Shown here one piece after another: positions 24,854 through 26,315 of a stretch of DNA of 26,315 nt. Every line of letters starts with the position of its first letter. Within the stretch, counting starts at the first letter, position 1. Origin of the DNA: a virus (lineage: Duplodnaviria > Caudoviricetes); IMG/VR virus record IMGVR_UViG_3300037470_000043, positions 1 through 26,315 of that record. One strand, written 5' to 3'. The translations under genes were made by a program, and so were the position numbers. Under the pieces are notes generated by a model. That model saw only the letters and a list, made by a program, of their open reading frames with translations. It was not told the DNA's origin and did not search any database.

Positions 24854-25719
24854 TAGTATTTAAACATCTCTTGTTTAAACGTGGCTGTTTCTGTTGAGAT
24901 CGGAATGTTACGATACTCACGATAAAACACGTCCAGCTGACCACGACGCTTGAAAGACTCATAAAGCTTTCGAACTTCTTCATCAGTCATAAAATCAGGC
25001 CACTTTGATTTCAAGTCATCGTCGCAGATTTCAAGCCGTACTGAGGCCCAATCAGGATCTTCAAGAAGATTCACCAAAAGCGAATCTTCGTGCAGGACGG
25101 TGCCTATTACGATAATCCGCCAGTTCTTCGAACTACGATCTACGCAGTTACAAAGATCGGCAAAGAACCAATCCTTGAGCTTCTGACGCGAATCAGGATT
25201 CATTACTGATTCAGCATCTTCCAAGTCATCGACGATGATTAAATCAGGTCGATTATTACCGAACAACATCCCGCGAACCTGCTGACCTGCGCCTCTCGGC
25301 AGAACCATCGTGCCAGTGGTAGTAATCCAACAATCCTTCGAAAACGTATCAGACTTCATCGGTCCGAAAAGTTTTACGATTTGAGGATTAGTAAGCAATT
25401 CGCGCTTTAAGTTCTCCCCTTGGGCAACGGCGTTTGTTGCAGTAGCAGAAACAGGTACAATGAATTTCTTCTCCTGAAACAGAATCCGTTTAGCGGGGTG
25501 AGTGATCGTGTTAATCGTAGTCTTCCCAAACCCGCGTGGCGCTGCGATAGCCACGCGTTGTTTAGAATCATCATCAAGAAGTTTAAAAATCTCATCGTGC
25601 AAAGTAGAGAACGGATTATAAAACCGCTCAGGAAATAATACCTTGCCGCAGACTTTAGTGCTCAAAGAACACGCAGCCATGATACGTTTTAATTCAGGCG
25701 TTTTAATCAGTTCAGACAT
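24826..25719 (-). CDS. terL: Terminase large subunit, N-terminal ATPase domain
   Basis: Walker A APRGFGKTT, GAGQQVRG, Walker B LIIVDDLED, coupling motif VIGTVLHED, and FYREYRNIP. Confidence 0.9.
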   Translation of the reverse strand: MSELIKTPELKRIMAACSLSTKVCGKVLFPERFYNPFSTLHDEIFKLLDDDSKQRVAIAAPRGFGKTTINTITHPAKRILFQEKKFIVPVSATATNAVAQGENLKRELLTNPQIVKLFGPMKSDTFSKDCWITTTGTMVLPRGAGQQVRGMLFGNNRPDLIIVDDLEDAESVMNPDSRQKLKDWFFADLCNCVDRSSKNWRIIVIGTVLHEDSLLVNLLEDPDWASVRLEICDDDLKSKWPDFMTDEEVRKLYESFKRRGQLDVFYREYRNIPISTETATFKQEMFKYYDEVELVGC

Positions 25720-25730
25720 TAAATAAGCAC

Positions 25731-26042
25731 CTATGGTTTTTTACTTATCGAATAGTTACAAGGAACTTCGGAATTGTTAGTATAAATCCGATGCTCTCGT
25801 TCGAGTATGCTGAGCCTCGTATCTATCCCATGCAAGAACTCCCGCATCTGGTCTGCCACATGGAGTAGACTGTTATTCACGTTATTAATTGTATCTCTCA
25901 AAGCTTCAAGCACTTCATCACGTTTCTTATCTTTGGTAGCATAAGAATTAAAGAGTAATGAAAGTAAAACACCTATCAAGGTGAAAATACCACCTAACAT
26001 CCACAACATAAAGCCCGGGTTCGTCGTGATGAAGTGCTCCAT
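25731..26042 (-). CDS. Single-TM coiled-coil membrane protein (holin- or lysis-associated-like)
   Basis: Hydrophobic helix FMLWMLGGIFTLIGVLLSLLF followed by a coiled coil ending IDTRLSILE. Confidence 0.55.
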   Translation of the reverse strand: MEHFITTNPGFMLWMLGGIFTLIGVLLSLLFNSYATKDKKRDEVLEALRDTINNVNNSLLHVADQMREFLHGIDTRLSILEREHRIYTNNSEVPCNYSISKKP

Positions 26043-26053
26043 TAAAACCTCGC

Positions 26054-26314
26054 TTAAGCGGAAGTAATCGTGGCAGTAAGAGTCCCAACGCCGAAAGAAG
26101 CAGTGTCGTTATTCAATACAGGCTTGGCTTCGGGTAGTTCCCCAAAACCCAGAAAGTTTCCATCGGTAGCGGCATCGTAAAGAACCAAATGCGTCATGTA
26201 AGCACCTGTTGCCCAATCAGCAGTAGCTGTAGGAAAGGTGATAGTCGCATCGTTAGTAATCGTCGCGGTAGAATCTGCCGTAGTCGCTGCGCCCCATTTG
26301 TTGACGGTAGTGGT
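26054..26314 (-). CDS. Tail-fibre-associated structural protein, 3' part (truncated by window end)
   Basis: Not in the ORF track. Open frame ...TITNDATITFPTATADWATGAYMTHLVLYDAATDGNFLGFGEL..AKPVLNNDTASFGVGTLTATITSA*, a recognisable small phage tail protein pattern. Confidence 0.7.
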   Translation of the reverse strand, partial: TTTVNKWGAATTADSTATITNDATITFPTATADWATGAYMTHLVLYDAATDGNFLGFGELPEAKPVLNNDTASFGVGTLTATITSA

Positions 26315-26315
26315 G

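Noticed and set aside
24826-24983. Intron or intein in terL
   Set aside because: There is no inserted sequence; the halves join by a one-base frame change to give a normal length.
1-26315. Integrase, att sites, tRNAs, DGR or host genes
   Set aside because: None recognised, so lifestyle (temperate or lytic) and host cannot be determined from this window.

Overview
This window is about 26 kb of a tailed, podovirus-type bacteriophage genome with two convergent modules. The + strand (1-6113) carries DNA metabolism genes: a ParB-HTH-DNA methyltransferase fusion, a 62-aa stand-alone NrdD glycyl-radical tail, dCMP deaminase, a UDG-like/exonuclease/family A DNA polymerase fusion, and a DUF3987-like AAA+ putative helicase. 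The - strand (6393-26315) carries the morphogenesis operon: a membrane protein, frameshift-split TerL, portal, scaffold, major capsid, adaptor, a split nozzle with a tail-tip insert, and ejection proteins. The most notable unexplained signals are: (1) seven copies of a 23-bp palindrome, CTDTGKAACA-WWT-TGTTMCAYAG, spaced every 2-3.8 kb across the late region, with half-sites resembling parS, in a genome that encodes a ParB-methyltransferase; (2) a ~200-nt structured element between the converging operons; (3) a candidate programmed -1 frameshift with a strong downstream hairpin joining two ejection-protein ORFs; and (4) a possible class III RNR 'spare part'. All calls come from reading motifs and gene order by eye; no database searches were run.
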